A stretch of 64,000 nucleotides of DNA from Nageia nagi (taxonomy: Eukaryota; Plantae; Pinophyta): contig JBITNC010000001.1 of the NCBI GenBank assembly GCA_050084985.1, positions 210,676,001 through 210,740,000 of the forward strand. The letters are read 5' to 3'. The notes beneath the pieces are model-generated. The model had not been told where the DNA came from and searched no databases. It was given only the letters and a program-made list of their open reading frames with translations. The position numbers and the translations under genes are program-made. This document shows, in pieces, positions 1 to 13,772 of this stretch. How positions within the stretch are numbered: the first letter of the stretch is position 1; each line of letters begins with the position of its first letter.

Positions 1-519
1 TGTCTAATTGGAAGCTCATGACTACATTCAAATAAAAATCACTCTAAACTACTCCTAGATGGAATCCCTCACCTTCTTTATAAGTATCCATCATGGTACT
101 TGCCAGTAAAATGATGGGAAAGAGCTTTGAGTTTGGATTTACTCTTATCACCCAAAATATATGTATTCCTCTATGTTTTTCTTACATAGCTACCTAAACA
201 CTATCATTTCCAATAAAAAAAATTATTTCTTTCTACAAAGAGATTCCCCCCAATTTAGAGGATGGTTTACTTTTAGTTTACCATCATATCATTTGTGAAT
301 CCCACTTAACATAATTGCTTTGTGGTTATCTTAATATCATTATAGGTATATGGTCAACTAATTTATGTGCCTTTACTATGATTTTTGACTATATACAAAT
401 AGTAAAGCCATACATTAAGTGAAGACACATTAAATTTAAACCTTTCTAAAGATATTATTATTGAGATATTATTAATTAGTAAATGATATAGTAAAAAGGG
501 AGTGACTATAAGCATATAT

Positions 520-1277
520 AAAATAATTCATGGAGAAACCTTGAATATAAAGGTAAAAAGGATAAGTGGATATTTTTTAAGTTTACACATGACTAAGTAG
601 GGCATTAGGAATTTATTATATAATGAAAATTTTATCCAAGGAAAGGAGGTAGTCCAAAAAGGACCTAAAATCCTCCTAAGGTCCATATATTAGAATAGAG
701 AACATAGAATGGAATCTAATTGCATAATTGTTAAGTTTGAAATGGGGTTAGCTTTATCCTCCTCCCTCCTAGTACTCGACCCATCCACCAAAGGTCCATG
801 AAAAGGTGCTCAATGCTCATAGATCGATGGAGGTATTCCATGATAAGATAAAGATGAACTACTAGTCTATTGATATGAGATGATATGATGTACTTAATTT
901 GTATTATATTTGTATTATAAGTATGATGATCTTTTGCAATTATTTATAATTAAATTATGGGGATTTGAAGAGTTATGTTATTGAGATAGATAGATTTTTA
1001 CTAGGTGTGAATGACCTTCTTATAATGAATTAATATTCTTGTATTAGCACAGAAATGAACAAAGAAGATTGTTTGTATTCATATGATAAAATGAAAAATA
1101 GATGATTTGTACTTTAATGAATCAATTTTAGTATGTACACTATTAACATTATGATTTAATGAGTTTCCTTTTTATTACAAATAACATTATGATAATTGCT
1201 ACTATTAGTAATGATTGCATGAATAGGAGTAGGAATTAATATTTGTTGTTACATGAAAATGGTTAGTGGGTATTACA
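520..1277 (+). mobile_element. Probable LTR fragment (3' part)
   Basis: Non-coding stretch ending in ...GTGGGTATTACA (1266-1277), a typical Ty3/gypsy LTR terminus. Sequence character changes right after it. No partner LTR in the window and the start is uncertain. Confidence 0.3.
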
Positions 1278-3149
1278 AATTGATTAAGTAAATGAATTTT
1301 ACCAAGAAATTAAACCCAAAACTATCCCAATGATTTATAAATAATATTAAATTAGAGTTAAGGTTCCAAATGAAAAATTGGGATCACTCATGAAACTTTA
1401 AGAATCCTTGGGATCAAAATGGATATGAATGGGATCCAATGGGAATAAATGGGATTGTTTGGAATCCTTTGGGATAAATATGGAAATTTTAGTTAATAAG
1501 GTCATAAGATATTTAATTATTATATTTAAATAAATAAAACCTAAACTTAGGCTTAGATTCTACCATATTCTAGCCAAGAACCATGGATACTCATAAAAAG
1601 AATAATCTAACCCAAAGGAACTTTTGGGATGGATGTAATAAGACAAAGAAAATGGTGTAGAACCTTCACTAAGTAAATATACACTACTAGATGACAAGTA
1701 GAAGGAATATTACTTTATGAGGATAACTTTATGCTACATTACCTTTGTAACAATAGTGGGCAAGGACCTTACCTCATGACTTGCTACTTTATGTTTGCAT
1801 GAAGATTTTTAAAAAGTAGACCCATTTATGCTATACAATGCATATGGGATAAATAGAACTATGTGACTTCCTATGCAAACCTATAACCAAGAAAACTAAT
1901 GTATAGTTCTTAAACAAAGATGAATAATGTTAAACCCTAGGTTAAAACTCAACTCCTACATCATGTGCTTTAAAATCAATTATTATGCATGGTGTTTTTG
2001 TACCATTATCGCTATTTGGGATCATTTATTATTGAAAAGTTATTAGTTCATGGGTGGTTATTTTTTTCAATACATTTAATAATAAATTAGACTAAATAAC
2101 CACTCAAGGGTATTGTTTAATATCCATGGCTCCCCAAGTTATGGGCACAGGGATGCCAAACCACATGTGGGTCTAGCTGATAGTTATGGGTAGGCTAGTG
2201 AATCATATCCTCCTATAGGTGTGTCAAGTAGGGATAGTAATAAAAAATATAATTATTATATGAGGGTAACTATTAGTTATACCACTTACAATTAGCAAAT
2301 AAGGATATGATTATTATTCCATAAGTGATGCTACCAACTCATATGAAATATTTTCTAGGATAAACTATTTGGTCCTATGAGATGGAGAGTTATCATTAGG
2401 TAATGATATTTACTTAGTTGAAGTGTGATCTCTTAGGTGGTATGGGACCTAAGTAGAAAATCACTACATCATGACCAAAAGGCCTATAGCACATGGGATG
2501 TGAAATAGGAATATTGGGGTCACCTTTGAGGTGTATTCTTAATAGATTGAGTGTTAAGGAGTAAATATCAAAAAATTATATTTAGATTGGTTATCCCAAT
2601 TCTTGATCAATATTTCCATGTGAGTGCTAAACTAGCTAGTAGCATATCAAGCTCGTGTGGGATCACCTAGTCCATTCCTAGATAATTTGAATGTTAAATT
2701 AAAAAAATTAGGTCTAAAATTTAGGGTTTTGGTTGATGCATTATAATTTGCAAAACTTAGATCATCATTATAACCATCATACCATATCATTAAAATAAAA
2801 CATAGATCATAAGCATAAAAATACATTACATCCACCATATAAATAATAACCTTATCATAAACATCCATCATGTGTATCAAACAAAAACATAGGCATACAT
2901 TTACATCATCACATACATCTAGTACATCAAAGCATATAAAACTTGAACATAAACATGTGCATCTATCATATAAATAGGCATCTACATATATGATACAAAA
3001 ATGGTACCCATGATCATAAAAAATGATACATATAGTACATCATCATATATACAAAATAGTACAATATATCATATATCCTGTGAGATCATGAATGCTTATG
3101 GAAGTGTGAACGTATTGGGTGTGATGAGAGATGATGAGATCTAAAAGAT

Positions 3150-3960
3150 TATCCCATATGATACTAAGATCTCTATGAATCCATAGGGGTCCTTTGTGAC
3201 CTACTACTCACCCTATCCATTGAGGAGGTTTCCACATCAATAATTAGATGTTGAATCCTACTAAACTCAACTTAGGTTTCCCCATCTAGCATTTGCATCA
3301 ATGTGAGTATCATAGGGATACCCTCATATCCTCCCTACATATATGTTCTCCCACCCCAATATATGGAGGAGGAGGGAGCATACCATTCCTTGATATCACC
3401 TTAAGAGGATGTTTGCTAACTCTTTGTAGATCAATTCTAATAGTATCAAACCCCATGAAAAAATGGTCCTATCCTTGTGTATCCTTCATAAAACCTCACA
3501 TAACTTTAAATCCTACAAAATTTTAGATAAATATCAATAGAAATGATAACAATAGCTAATTATAATCTTAGTTCTATCAACCCATATATGTAAGCATCCT
3601 CATAATTGAATCCTCTAGTCCCCCATCATAGCTAGTACCTCTCTAGTCCCGTGTGTCTCTCCACTCTAGTCTATCTCTTGATATTTATTAGTAATACAAC
3701 CATTTGATTATCCTCTATATGAATTTAGAAGATACTCTAAATATATTTGAGTGTAATGGTACACTCTCTTGAGGTTAGCAAGAAAGTTTTGGTGGAGGTA
3801 TCTCACCTCTCCACCAATGCATTCAAATATCCACTATCATATGTCATGAGATCCATAATCTTAGTGTATCCTAGTACAACTAAAATGAATCATTCTCAAT
3901 CCTCCTCATCCATGGTCTTCTATAGGAGATATTAAATATTCCTAAATCAATGGTGCATGG
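3150..3960 (-). pseudogene. Plant mobile domain (PMD, aminotransferase-like) remnant, copy A
   Basis: Manual translation: NALVER*DTSTKTFLLTSRECTITLKYI*SIF*IHI (3823-3715), FSWGLILLELIYKEL (~3460-3418), LHILGWENI (~3368-3342). These match PMD motifs ALVERW..T.TF.LP.GE.TITL, Y.WG...LA.LY..L and LQ.W.WE. Confidence 0.75.
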
Positions 3961-4959
3961 AGTTCCTATCATCCACCTATCCAAATATAAAAAAAATTCA
4001 AAAGTATCAAAAACACCTAGCCTCCAAGCATTTTAGTTTGAAAATGCCCCCTATGTTTCAATCTAAAATGTGATAGCCCCCTATATTTTCAAAACATAAA
4101 TATCAATACACTTGGTTTCCCACTAGAAAATGCTAGCACCCTATGAATTTCCCTTTTTCCTAGATATTTTATACTAAATCATGCCTAAATTTTACATTTT
4201 TCTTCTTCTATCTACCTATCTTAGTGTCTTCTACCTATTTTCGTAATTTTATAATTAAAATAGTAAGAAAATCCTTATCATGTGTAATTTCTCTATCTAA
4301 CCCACTTTTAGGTAATTAAATTAATTTTAACTTAATTAAATTGCAAGTCTAAGTTTAGCACCAACCTAGAGGGCATCTAGCCTATTATGGTAGTGTACGT
4401 GTTGTGCCATGTTAGTAATCATGTTAGATGAGGAAGAGGAGGTGTTTGAGTTAGAGGATATATAAAAAAAATTTATTAATTAAAATGAGTCAAGTCAACA
4501 TGCCTTTTTTTTCTTTTATAGACCCTCCCAACCAAAAATTCTATGGTATTTCTAATCCAACCCTAAACACTATTTCCTTTATCGAGTGCATGCACTTTAT
4601 AGGAACACTAGTGCATTTGGGAAACACATACATGTTTATAAAATGTTATGGCATTTTTCTTTCTTTTTATTCTCAATATTTTTGCTCTCTTTTTCTCATC
4701 AAAAACATCCCCATATTTCATGCTTCATCATAATGCATTTGAGGGCGAACTCAGATATCACTTGGGGTAGTCAACAATCATGCATACCTCACAACTCATT
4801 AAATTAAGTTTTTGTATTACATTTAGCTTAGTAAAAATGCAAAACAAAAAGGGGAAAAATATAAACACCCATAAATAGCACCTTATGCTATATTTGGTCC
4901 AACCCTCTTTTCTCATTGGCATGTTTATTAAATACTAGCATTAGTCAACCATATTTTAT

Positions 4960-5560
4960 CAAATATTGGTCATACTAGTCATATTAATGATGTTTTATCA
5001 ATAATCATTTACTTATTTTTATCTTAATCATTTATTGATAAATTATAATTGATATTTTTCATATAAATACATTTTTACCTTAATCATTTACTTAGAAATT
5101 ATAATTATTATTTATCATATTAATTACATTTTGATCATAGTCAATTATTTAAAAAAAGTGAGTATTATTAGTCATATTAATCATATTTTTATCATATTTA
5201 ATTACTTTGAAAAATGAAATTAATATTAATCATGATAATTATATTTTTTTCATAATCATTTACTTAAAAATTGTAATTATTATTTTTCATATTAATTGCT
5301 TTTTGATCATAGTCAAATATTTAAAAAATGCAAATAATATTAATCATATTTTTTATCATAATCACTTACTTGGGAAAAGTAATTAATATTAATCATAGGA
5401 ATTGTATTTTTTATCATAATCACTTGTTTGGAAAATTATAATTAATATTTGTTATTTAAGCTGTGATTTAATCATAATTATTTATTTAAGAAATATTGAT
5501 TAACATTAGTCATGTTAATCATATTTGATCATTTGTTTTATTTAATCAAAATGAAATTTG
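4960..5560. repeat. Degenerate AT-rich tandem repeat (~55-60 bp unit) in retroelement 3' region
   Basis: Recurring TATCATAATCA(C/T)TTACTT..AAA.TT.TAATT..TATTA.TCAT units. A homologous array is present inverted at ~46900-47420. Confidence 0.6.
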
Positions 5561-6074
5561 TCTAAATAGCATAAATATTTATATTATTTTATTAATGTTA
5601 TTCATATTAATATTATTAATTTATTTATTACTAATAAGTGAAAATTAGTTGGACAAGAATGCCATATCATATTGCTATGCCACTAGTGAATCATTTAGTA
5701 GAGAAGAAAAAAATCTTGAAATCCAATTATTATTTTGCCAAGTCACTATTTTGTTCTAAATATTCTCAACAGAGAAGACATGAAAAATAAATGGCAATAT
5801 TCTTAATTTATTTCAAATCAGTTGAAATTAAATCCAATAAAGTTCTAATCAAGATCTAATTAAGAAATAGTTATTTTGGATTGAAATCCATTTAAAATTT
5901 ATATTCAAATCATCACATTTGAAACAAAAATATAAAAAGAAGCTACCTTCATAGCTTTTGGTTTGGTAACTTGTGAAAACTTATAGTTTTTGAATTGGCA
6001 AATTCTTGAGTTTTGGAGTTGCAAATTTGAGTGCATTTGATAGCAGCAAGCATAATTGAACATATAAGAGGAAT

Positions 6075-6484
6075 TGTTAGGATCCCACATCCTAACATTT
6101 TAGTGTTAGTATTAGTATTTTATTTATTTGTCAGCTTATATTGTAAACTATAATATTGTGATTGTAAGGGTGGGATCCAATTTTGCATTACTATTAGGGT
6201 TAGGGTTAGTTTATTATAAATAGATAGAAGTATATAGAGAAAGGATCTTGAACATTATTTTTCACTTTTGGGAGATGTAAGGAGGTATCCCCTTTGAATT
6301 GGCCTATGATTCTAGTACTATTCAATAAAATTCTATTCTTATCTACTTATTATTGCTAGTTTATATTCTATTTATCAGTGCATGCTCTATTATTTCCACT
6401 AGATAGTTGTCATTTTCCTATTTCAAATCAATATTCATTTCATTTCTACAATATTTCCCTTTTCATATTTGTAACATCATAACA
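6075..6484 (+). repeat. 5' LTR of chromovirus 1
   Basis: TGTTAGGATCCCACATCC...CATAACA. Direct repeat of 11296-11694 (~86% by eye). TATAAATA box at ~6215. Confidence 0.95.
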
Positions 6485-6486
6485 TC

Positions 6487-6498
6487 TAGTATCAAAGC
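6487..6498 (+). promoter_or_regulatory. Primer binding site (initiator Met tRNA), decayed
   Basis: TAGTATCAAAGC versus consensus TGGTATCAGAGC, 2 nt after the LTR end. Confidence 0.85.
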
Positions 6499-7489
6499 TC
6501 TTTCTAGGGCCTTTTTGCTACATGAAAATAAAAAACATTAGAGGTCTAAGCTAGAAACCCTATGCTAAGGGTTTTAAAATATCTAAGAGGATTTATCATT
6601 TTTGGCTAAGCACACTTACCCATAAAGTTGTGTGTGAAGTGAGGTGTAAAAAACTTTGTACCAATACCCAAGCCTTAGATAGAACCCTACATGGAATTGG
6701 ACTACATGTACCAAAAGGTATATTGGAGACTATATAGGCTATAAACAAAAACTAGGTAGGAAGCTATGTCAACAATCTATAAATTGTAGTACACTAGCAA
6801 GTGTTGTTAGAAAGTTACTTATCATAGAAGCCATCTCTATAGCCTCTTTCCTTGAAAAGTTGGATAGGAGGGGTGTTTAGACAAGCCTATAGAGTAGATA
6901 ATCCTTACCCTAGAATCATTCCTTCACACAAAAACTTGATTCAAGAAGTAGAATGTATGACATGCAATTTTTTAGAGCTACCAAAAATAGTAGTTCAAAG
7001 GTAACAAAAATTTTAGAGCTAAATAACTAAAAATCTATACCATTTTAGCAATTTTTAACAAAAGTATATAGACCCATAAACATAAAAAAATAGTAGTTTC
7101 TAGCCCATTATGATCATCTTTTTAAGCTAATCATTTTGATATATTACACCTATATACTTTTTTAGGCACTTTCTAAAAATAGCAATTTCCAAAAATATTA
7201 AGTTCAAAAATAATTTCTAGAAATGGCACTTGAAATAAGATCCCAAATAGTAGCACAAGCTAATCCTACCATGATGACATTTTAAACTATGATCCAACAA
7301 ATGGTAGATACACTTACTAGTACATTCAAAGTAGAAATCTGATAAATACAAACTCTTAATAAAAAATGTGATAGTGTTCAACTAAGTCTCAATCATACCA
7401 ATAATACATCTAATTCATAATAATTGAGGCAATTAGGAAATCCATAGGGGTATCATCATAACTTTCAAAGCCAATAAGGTGGTTTCATT

Positions 7490-10400
7490 CTTCTCTACAT
7501 AACCAAATTAGGTCTTCCCTAATTTGATGGAGATAATCCAACTGGTTGGATTTATAAGATTGGATAGTATTTCACATTAAACAAAATTCTAAAGGATTTG
7601 AAGGTGTGCATGGCAAATTTTCATTTAGATTGTCAGTCTCTCCAATGGCACCAATGGTACTCAAAAATGCATCTTGCTCCTTCATGGGATGAATTTACTC
7701 AACAATTATTGATCTATTTTGGTCCTAATGACTATGAATATTTCATAGGGGCATTGACTAAGTTATGTCAAACTAAAATAATCAAATAATACCAAAATTA
7801 GTTTAAGAAATTAGCAAATCACATAGAGGGGTTGGATGATGCATTTTTTACAAGTTGTTTTATTAGTGGATTAAAGGAAGAAATTAAACTAGAGATCAAA
7901 ATGTTTAATCCCAAAACTATAATGGATTTTATTACCTTAGAAAAGCTCATTGAAGATAAAGCTAGTGCTCATCGATGAAATGTAAGACCCCCATTCACAA
8001 AAACACATAATATTTATCATTCCTCTAATAACACAAGTGCCCCACCACCAAATCACACAATGCAAACTAATAAGTTGACATGGGAGGAAATGGAAGAGCA
8101 TCACAAGAAGGGCTTGTGCTATAATTATGATGAAAAATTTATTCATGGTCATAGTTGTACTCAACAAAAGTTATATTTTCTTAATACTAATGCTCTTGGT
8201 GAGGAGGAATATGAGAGTGCACCTAAAGAGCATACAAAGGAAATTCTAGATGAGGAGGCCTTGGTTATCTCTTATAATGCATTGGCAAGAATTACTACCC
8301 CTCAAAATATGAAGATTAAAGGATTTTTTAAAAACACCCTCTCATAATATTTTTGTATTTGGGAAGTACTCATAATATCATTGATCCATAGGTGGCTAAG
8401 GTTGCTAACTATTACCTCCACCATATAAATAATTTTGAGGTTATAGTTAGTAATGGAGGAAAAATAGTATGTAAAGGCACATTTCATAATGTCAAACTAA
8501 GCATGGACCACTATACTTTGAAAAGTGATATGTACACTTTACCACTTAAGGGATGTGATATAGTCTTGGGGGTACAATGGCTAAGGACTTTGGGCACCAT
8601 GCAATGGAATTTTGTAAAGCTATGGATGACCTTCAAGAAATGTGAATAAAAGCATACTCTCAAGGGATTACAAGGTGGATCTATACAAATTATGAGCTCA
8701 CATCACATGGAAAAGATCCTATAGAAAATTAGAAAAGGAATGTTGGCATAGTTATACTCTTTATCAATCATCAAATCTAAATTCATAGAGCCAAGGATAT
8801 ATAACCCATCTTAAGTAAGCATTCAAGTACCTTTAAGGAACCAATGGGCTCACCACCCTAGTGATCACATGATCATGCTATCCAATTGGTGCTAGGAAGT
8901 CAACCCACCAAACATTCATCCTTATTGGTATTCTTGTTTACAAAAAAATGAAATTGAATAATTGGTTAAAGAACTATTGGATGTAGGAGTAATCTGACCT
9001 GGTGTAAGCCCATATTCTTCTCCAATTATATTGGTTCATAAGGAATATGGTTCATGGTGTATGTGTGTGAATTTCAAGGACCTCAACAAAATTACCATCA
9101 AGAACAAATTTCTCATCCTAATCATTGATGAATTATTGGATTAACTGCATGGGGCAAGATATTTTTCCAAGTTAGACCTATGATCTAGGTATCACCAAAT
9201 TCACCTCAAGGAGGAGGATATACCAAAAACTACATTTTGTACCCATGAGGGCCATTATGAGTTTTTAGTCATGCCTTTTGGCCTCACAAATGCTCCATCC
9301 ACATTTCAAATTTTAATGAATTAGGTGTTTCATGTATTCCTTAGGAAGTTTATTTTAGTTTTCTTTGATGATATCTTGATCTATAGTAAGACATGGCAAG
9401 AACATGTGGCACATGTTGACCAAACCTTACATATTTTGAAATAACACTAGATATATGCAAAAAAATCCAAATGTTCATTCAATAAAAGATAAATTGACTA
9501 CTTAGGCCATGTTATATCCAAAGAGGGAGTTAAGGTGGATCCATAAAAGATTATTGACATGTAGAACTAATCTATTCCTATATCTTTGAAAAGTATCTAA
9601 GGATTCTTAGTATTAATAGGCTATTATAGAAAATTTGTGAAGGATTATGCTAATATTTTAGCACCACTAACCATGTTGTTAAAAAATAATGCATCCCAAT
9701 GGTCCCCTCAAGCTAAGGTAGCTTTCCTTAAGCTCAAGGAGGTAATGTGTACCACCCTAGTATTAGTAATGCCATATTTTTCTAAAAATTTTATGATAGA
9801 AAGTAATGCTTATGGAGTAGGGATCAAGGTAATATTAATGCATGAGGGACATCCTGTAGCATTCACTAGTGGAGCACTCTCTAGTAAAAATTTGGGTAAA
9901 TCCATTTATAAAAAAGAAATGCTTACCATCATTCATGCAATTCAATGTTAGAGACCATATCTCATTAGTCACCATTTCATCATCCTCATATATCATCATA
10001 GTTTGAAAATTTTCATTAAGCAATGCATTTCTATGCCTAAGAAAAAAAAATGGGTGACCAAACTACTAGGGTATGATTATGAGATAGTGTATCTTAAAGG
10101 TAAGGAGAATGTGGTTACGATGCTCTATCCAAAAAATTTGAAGATCAAGTAGCACTGGAAGTTCTTTCATCCCCTATTACTTAATGGTTGGATAAAGTTA
10201 AACAAGAGTGGGTAGAGGATAGCTACACCAAATAATTATTAAAATAGATCACTCAAGACTCCATGAGTAAATTAGTTATTCTAGTGGTGGTTGATCATTT
10301 ATCCAAATATGCTCATTTTGGTTCATTAGCTCATCCCTACAAAGTAGTTATAGTGGCATAATTATTCTTGGATATAATTTTCAAACTACATGGCATACCA

Positions 10401-11265
10401 AAGATGAATTTTATTGATCATGATCCCACTTTTACAAGTCATTTTTGGTAAGAGCTTTTTCAATTGTAAGGTACCCAACTAAACATGAGCTCTACATATC
10501 ATCCATAAATTGATGGTTAGACTAAAATTGTCAAAAAAAGTTTGAAAACATATTTATATTATTTTTTTTCAACAAAAATTATGCATTGAGTATGATGGCT
10601 TCCCTTGGCTAAGTGGTGGTATAATACATCTTATCATTCTACTAGAAAGATGACCTCTTATGAAGCAGTGTATGGTCAAGCTCCACCAACAGTCACCTCA
10701 TATTTTGTAGGTACCATTAAAGTTCAAGAAATTAACTTAGATTTAGTTACTTGGGATGATATTATTTATTTTCTCAAGGATAACCTTCAAATAGCCTAAC
10801 ATCATATGAAATAATGGTTGATCAACAACATGTGGAAAGGGAGTTCCAGGTAGATGACATGGTCTTTCTAAGGCTATAACCTTATCACCAAATATACTTA
10901 AAAATAAAAGGCCCTCAAAAATTGGCTCCAAAGTTTTATGATCCTTACAATATGTTATAGTGCATTGGCTCAGTTATATACAAATTGGAGCTTCCTACTT
11001 CTTTCAAGATTCACCAAATGTTTCATATCTCTTATCTCAAGAAAGTGGTTGGATCGAAGGTTCAAGTTCAAACATAATTACTTGAGTTGGTGAAAGATGG
11101 ATCAATGGTAGTTGTACATGAGGTAGTTCTATATCAACATTCATGATAGCTTTGTAATCACTCCATCATAGAAGTCCTTATGCATTGGCAAGGCATGGCA
11201 CTAAAAGATGCAACATGGGAAATATTTCATCAGCTGTGGCAATAGTTTACACACTTCAAGCTTTG
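7490..11265 (+). pseudogene. gag-pol polyprotein remnant with C-terminal chromodomain
   Basis: gag FDGDNPTGW (~7522) and knuckle KGLCYNYDEKFIHGHSC (~8108); protease GSTHN / GCDIVLGVQWL (8360-8583); [22 protein letters not shown] and VFFDDILIYS (9250-9387); RNase H ESNAYGVGI; integrase LVVVDHLSKYAHF (~10280); chromodomain EVLMHWQGMALKDATWE (~11171-11221). Confidence 0.95.
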
Positions 11266-11283
11266 AGAACAAAGCTTCATCTC

Positions 11284-11295
11284 AAGAGGGTGGCA
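11284..11295 (+). promoter_or_regulatory. Polypurine tract
   Basis: AAGAGGGTGGCA immediately before the 3' LTR. Confidence 0.8.
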
Positions 11296-11694
11296 TGTTA
11301 GGATCTCACATCCTAACATTTTAGTGTTAGTATTAGTATTTTATTTAATTATCAACCTATATTATAAATTATAATATTATGATTGTAAGGGTGAGGCTCA
11401 ATTTTATAGTACTATTAGGGTTAGGGTTAGTTTATTATAAATAGATAGAAGTGTGTGGAGAAAGGATATTGAACATTATTTTTCACTTTTAGGAGTTAGA
11501 AGGAGGTAGCTCCCTTGAAGAAACCTATGATTCTATTACTATTTAGTAAATCCTATCCTTATTTGCTTATTATTGCTACTTCATATTCTATTTATCAATG
11601 CATGCTTTGTTAGTTCTATTAGATAGTTGTCATTTTCATATTTCAAATTGATATTCATTTCTTTTTTACAATATTTACTTTTCATATTGGTAAC
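11296..11694 (+). repeat. 3' LTR of chromovirus 1 (last ~9 bp missing)
   Basis: Matches the 5' LTR up to GTAAC, then diverges. No terminal CA or TSD recovered. Confidence 0.9.
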
Positions 11695-12436
11695 TCCCTT
11701 TCCACACATTGGTCAATAGCATTTATTTGAAACTAGATCAAAACTTGCATCTATGTAGGAACCTGCATCCATATCAAAAGCATCTATCTATAGCTAGTTC
11801 AAAACTTGTATTTGGGTTAGAACTTGAATCCAAGTAGCAACCTTCATATAGGTAGGAAGCATCTATTTATATCCTATTTAAAACCCACATTTGTATCAAA
11901 AGTATTTTCTTATAACTAGATCAGAACCTACATCTAGGCTAGAACCTATAACTTGCATCAAAGTTGGAACCTACATACAGGTAGGAAGAAATGTCTACAC
12001 TCAATTCAAATGAAATTTTGCCTACTCCTAACAATGATGCAAAGCTTAGTGGTAATAGAGGAATTACTAGATGCACTTCCCCAAAACCTAAGAGCATTTT
12101 CTCATATTTTAAATAGCCAAAAAATGTGAAGTAACTAAATCCTATCATAAAAAGTACATTCACTTTAACTATGTATTTTAAGTTAATTATAAATTATATT
12201 ATTTAAATAAGATAGTTTTATATGCATTAAAAGTAGGAATATTTCTTTATAGAAAATATATTAGATGTAATTCAAATTGAAGAAGATATTTCTAAAGATG
12301 CAATGTTGGATCAATTTCAACCTTACATTACTCCTAGTGAAAAAGAACTTACTAACAAGAGTAATGATAATCAGATAGGATCTCAAGAACCCATAAGTAG
12401 TAAATAGTCACACAATAGAAAGAGTAAAAGCTAATG

Positions 12437-13772
12437 GACTATAGGTAGAATATTTATGGATGAATGGGTAGGAATATATTATTTCATAGAACTTGTAATG
12501 CCTAAAAATAGTTTGAAACAATCAACTAAATGGAGGTGCATATGTTATAGTTGGGAAATAAAAAAAGAACATAAAATTCAACTAAAAAAGATACAATTAA
12601 AAAATATTATGGGAAAAAATTATTAGTATGAAGAAGTAGATGGTAAGAAAATAAGTATTATAAAGAAAAAAGATAAAATATAATATCTTCATCTTAAATA
12701 TCAAGAGATTTATGAAAATGAGATGAAGAGAAGAAAAAAGATTTCTAAAAGGGATGGAACAATAAATCAACATATGGATAAAGAGAATTAGTCAAATCTA
12801 ATTACTAAGACTGTATAATTTTATACTATATTTCAAATTTTAAAAAATGGTAGGCCTATTTTATATATTTCATTATTTAAAGAATTTCTCCATTTTGTTC
12901 GTATACAAAACTTTAAATTACCATAATACCATTGGTTTGAGATCAGTGCATGGGATATTGCAAACAATATTGTAGCTATTTAGATGCAAGATTTATGAGA
13001 AAAGGTAAGAGAGATATAAAACTTATTTTATTATCCCTATATGAAGTTATAGTTATTGATCATACATCTTGAGTTTACTTATATGTTTACACTTTTCAAG
13101 AATCTGACTATAGGTAGAATATTTATGGATGAATGGGTAGGAATATATTATTTCATAGAACTTGTAATGCCTAAAAATAGTTTGAAACAATAAACTAAAT
13201 GTATGTGCATATCTTATAGTTGGGAAATAAAAAAAGAACATAAAATTCAACTAAAAAAGATACAATTCAAAAATATTATGGGGAAAAAGTATTAGTATGA
13301 AGAAGTAGATGGTAAGAAAATAAGGATTATAAAGCAAAAAGATAAAATATAATATCTTCATCTTAAATATTAAGAGATATATGAAAATGAGATGAAGAGA
13401 AGAAAAAAGATTTCTAAAAAGGATGGAATAATAAGTCAACATATGGATAAAGAGAATTAGTCAAATCTAATTACTAAAATTGTATAATTTTATACTATAT
13501 TTCAAATTTTAAAAAATGGTAGGCCTATTTTAGATATTTCATTATTTAAAGAATTTCTCCATTTTGTTCGTATACAAAACTTTAAATTACCATAACACCA
13601 TTTGTTTGAGAGCAGTGCATGGGATATTGCAAATAATATTGTAGCTATTTAGATGCAAGATTTATGAGAAAAGGTAAGAGAGATATAAAACTTATTTTAT
13701 TATCCCTAGATGAAGTTACAGTTGTTGATCATACATCTTGAGTTTACTTACATGTTTACACTTTTCAAGAAT
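12437..13772 (+). repeat. 669-bp tandem duplication inside hAT transposase
   Basis: GACTATAGGTAGAATATTTATGGATG starts at 12437 and at 13106. The copies differ at roughly 25 positions by eye (~96%). Confidence 0.97.

Larger units (their letters stand above)
2650..5693 (+). mobile_element. 3' non-coding region of a Tat/Ogre-type Ty3/gypsy element (copy A), with antisense PMD ORF and tandem repeats
   Basis: Reverse-complement homology to ~46735-50420: TCACTTGGGGTAG...CAAAAAGGGGAAAAATATA...GCTATATTTG at 4757-4897 matches 47460-47605. That other copy lies downstream of a Tat-type integrase. Homology stops at ~5693. Confidence 0.65.
6075..11694 (+). mobile_element. Ty3/gypsy chromovirus (Reina-like) LTR retrotransposon, degenerate
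   Basis: Paired ~400-bp LTRs, Met-tRNA PBS and PPT. Internal order is gag-PR-RT-RH-INT-chromodomain, with many stops and frameshifts. Confidence 0.95.

Noticed and set aside
5681-5690. CACTAGTGAA as a CACTA terminus
   Set aside because: It lies inside the block homologous to the retroelement copy at ~46735-46750, and no matching TAGTG end with a 3-bp TSD was found.
6194-6209. TTAGGGTTAGGGTTAG telomere-like motif (also at ~11414)
   Set aside because: Under three units and part of the LTR itself; not an interstitial telomere.
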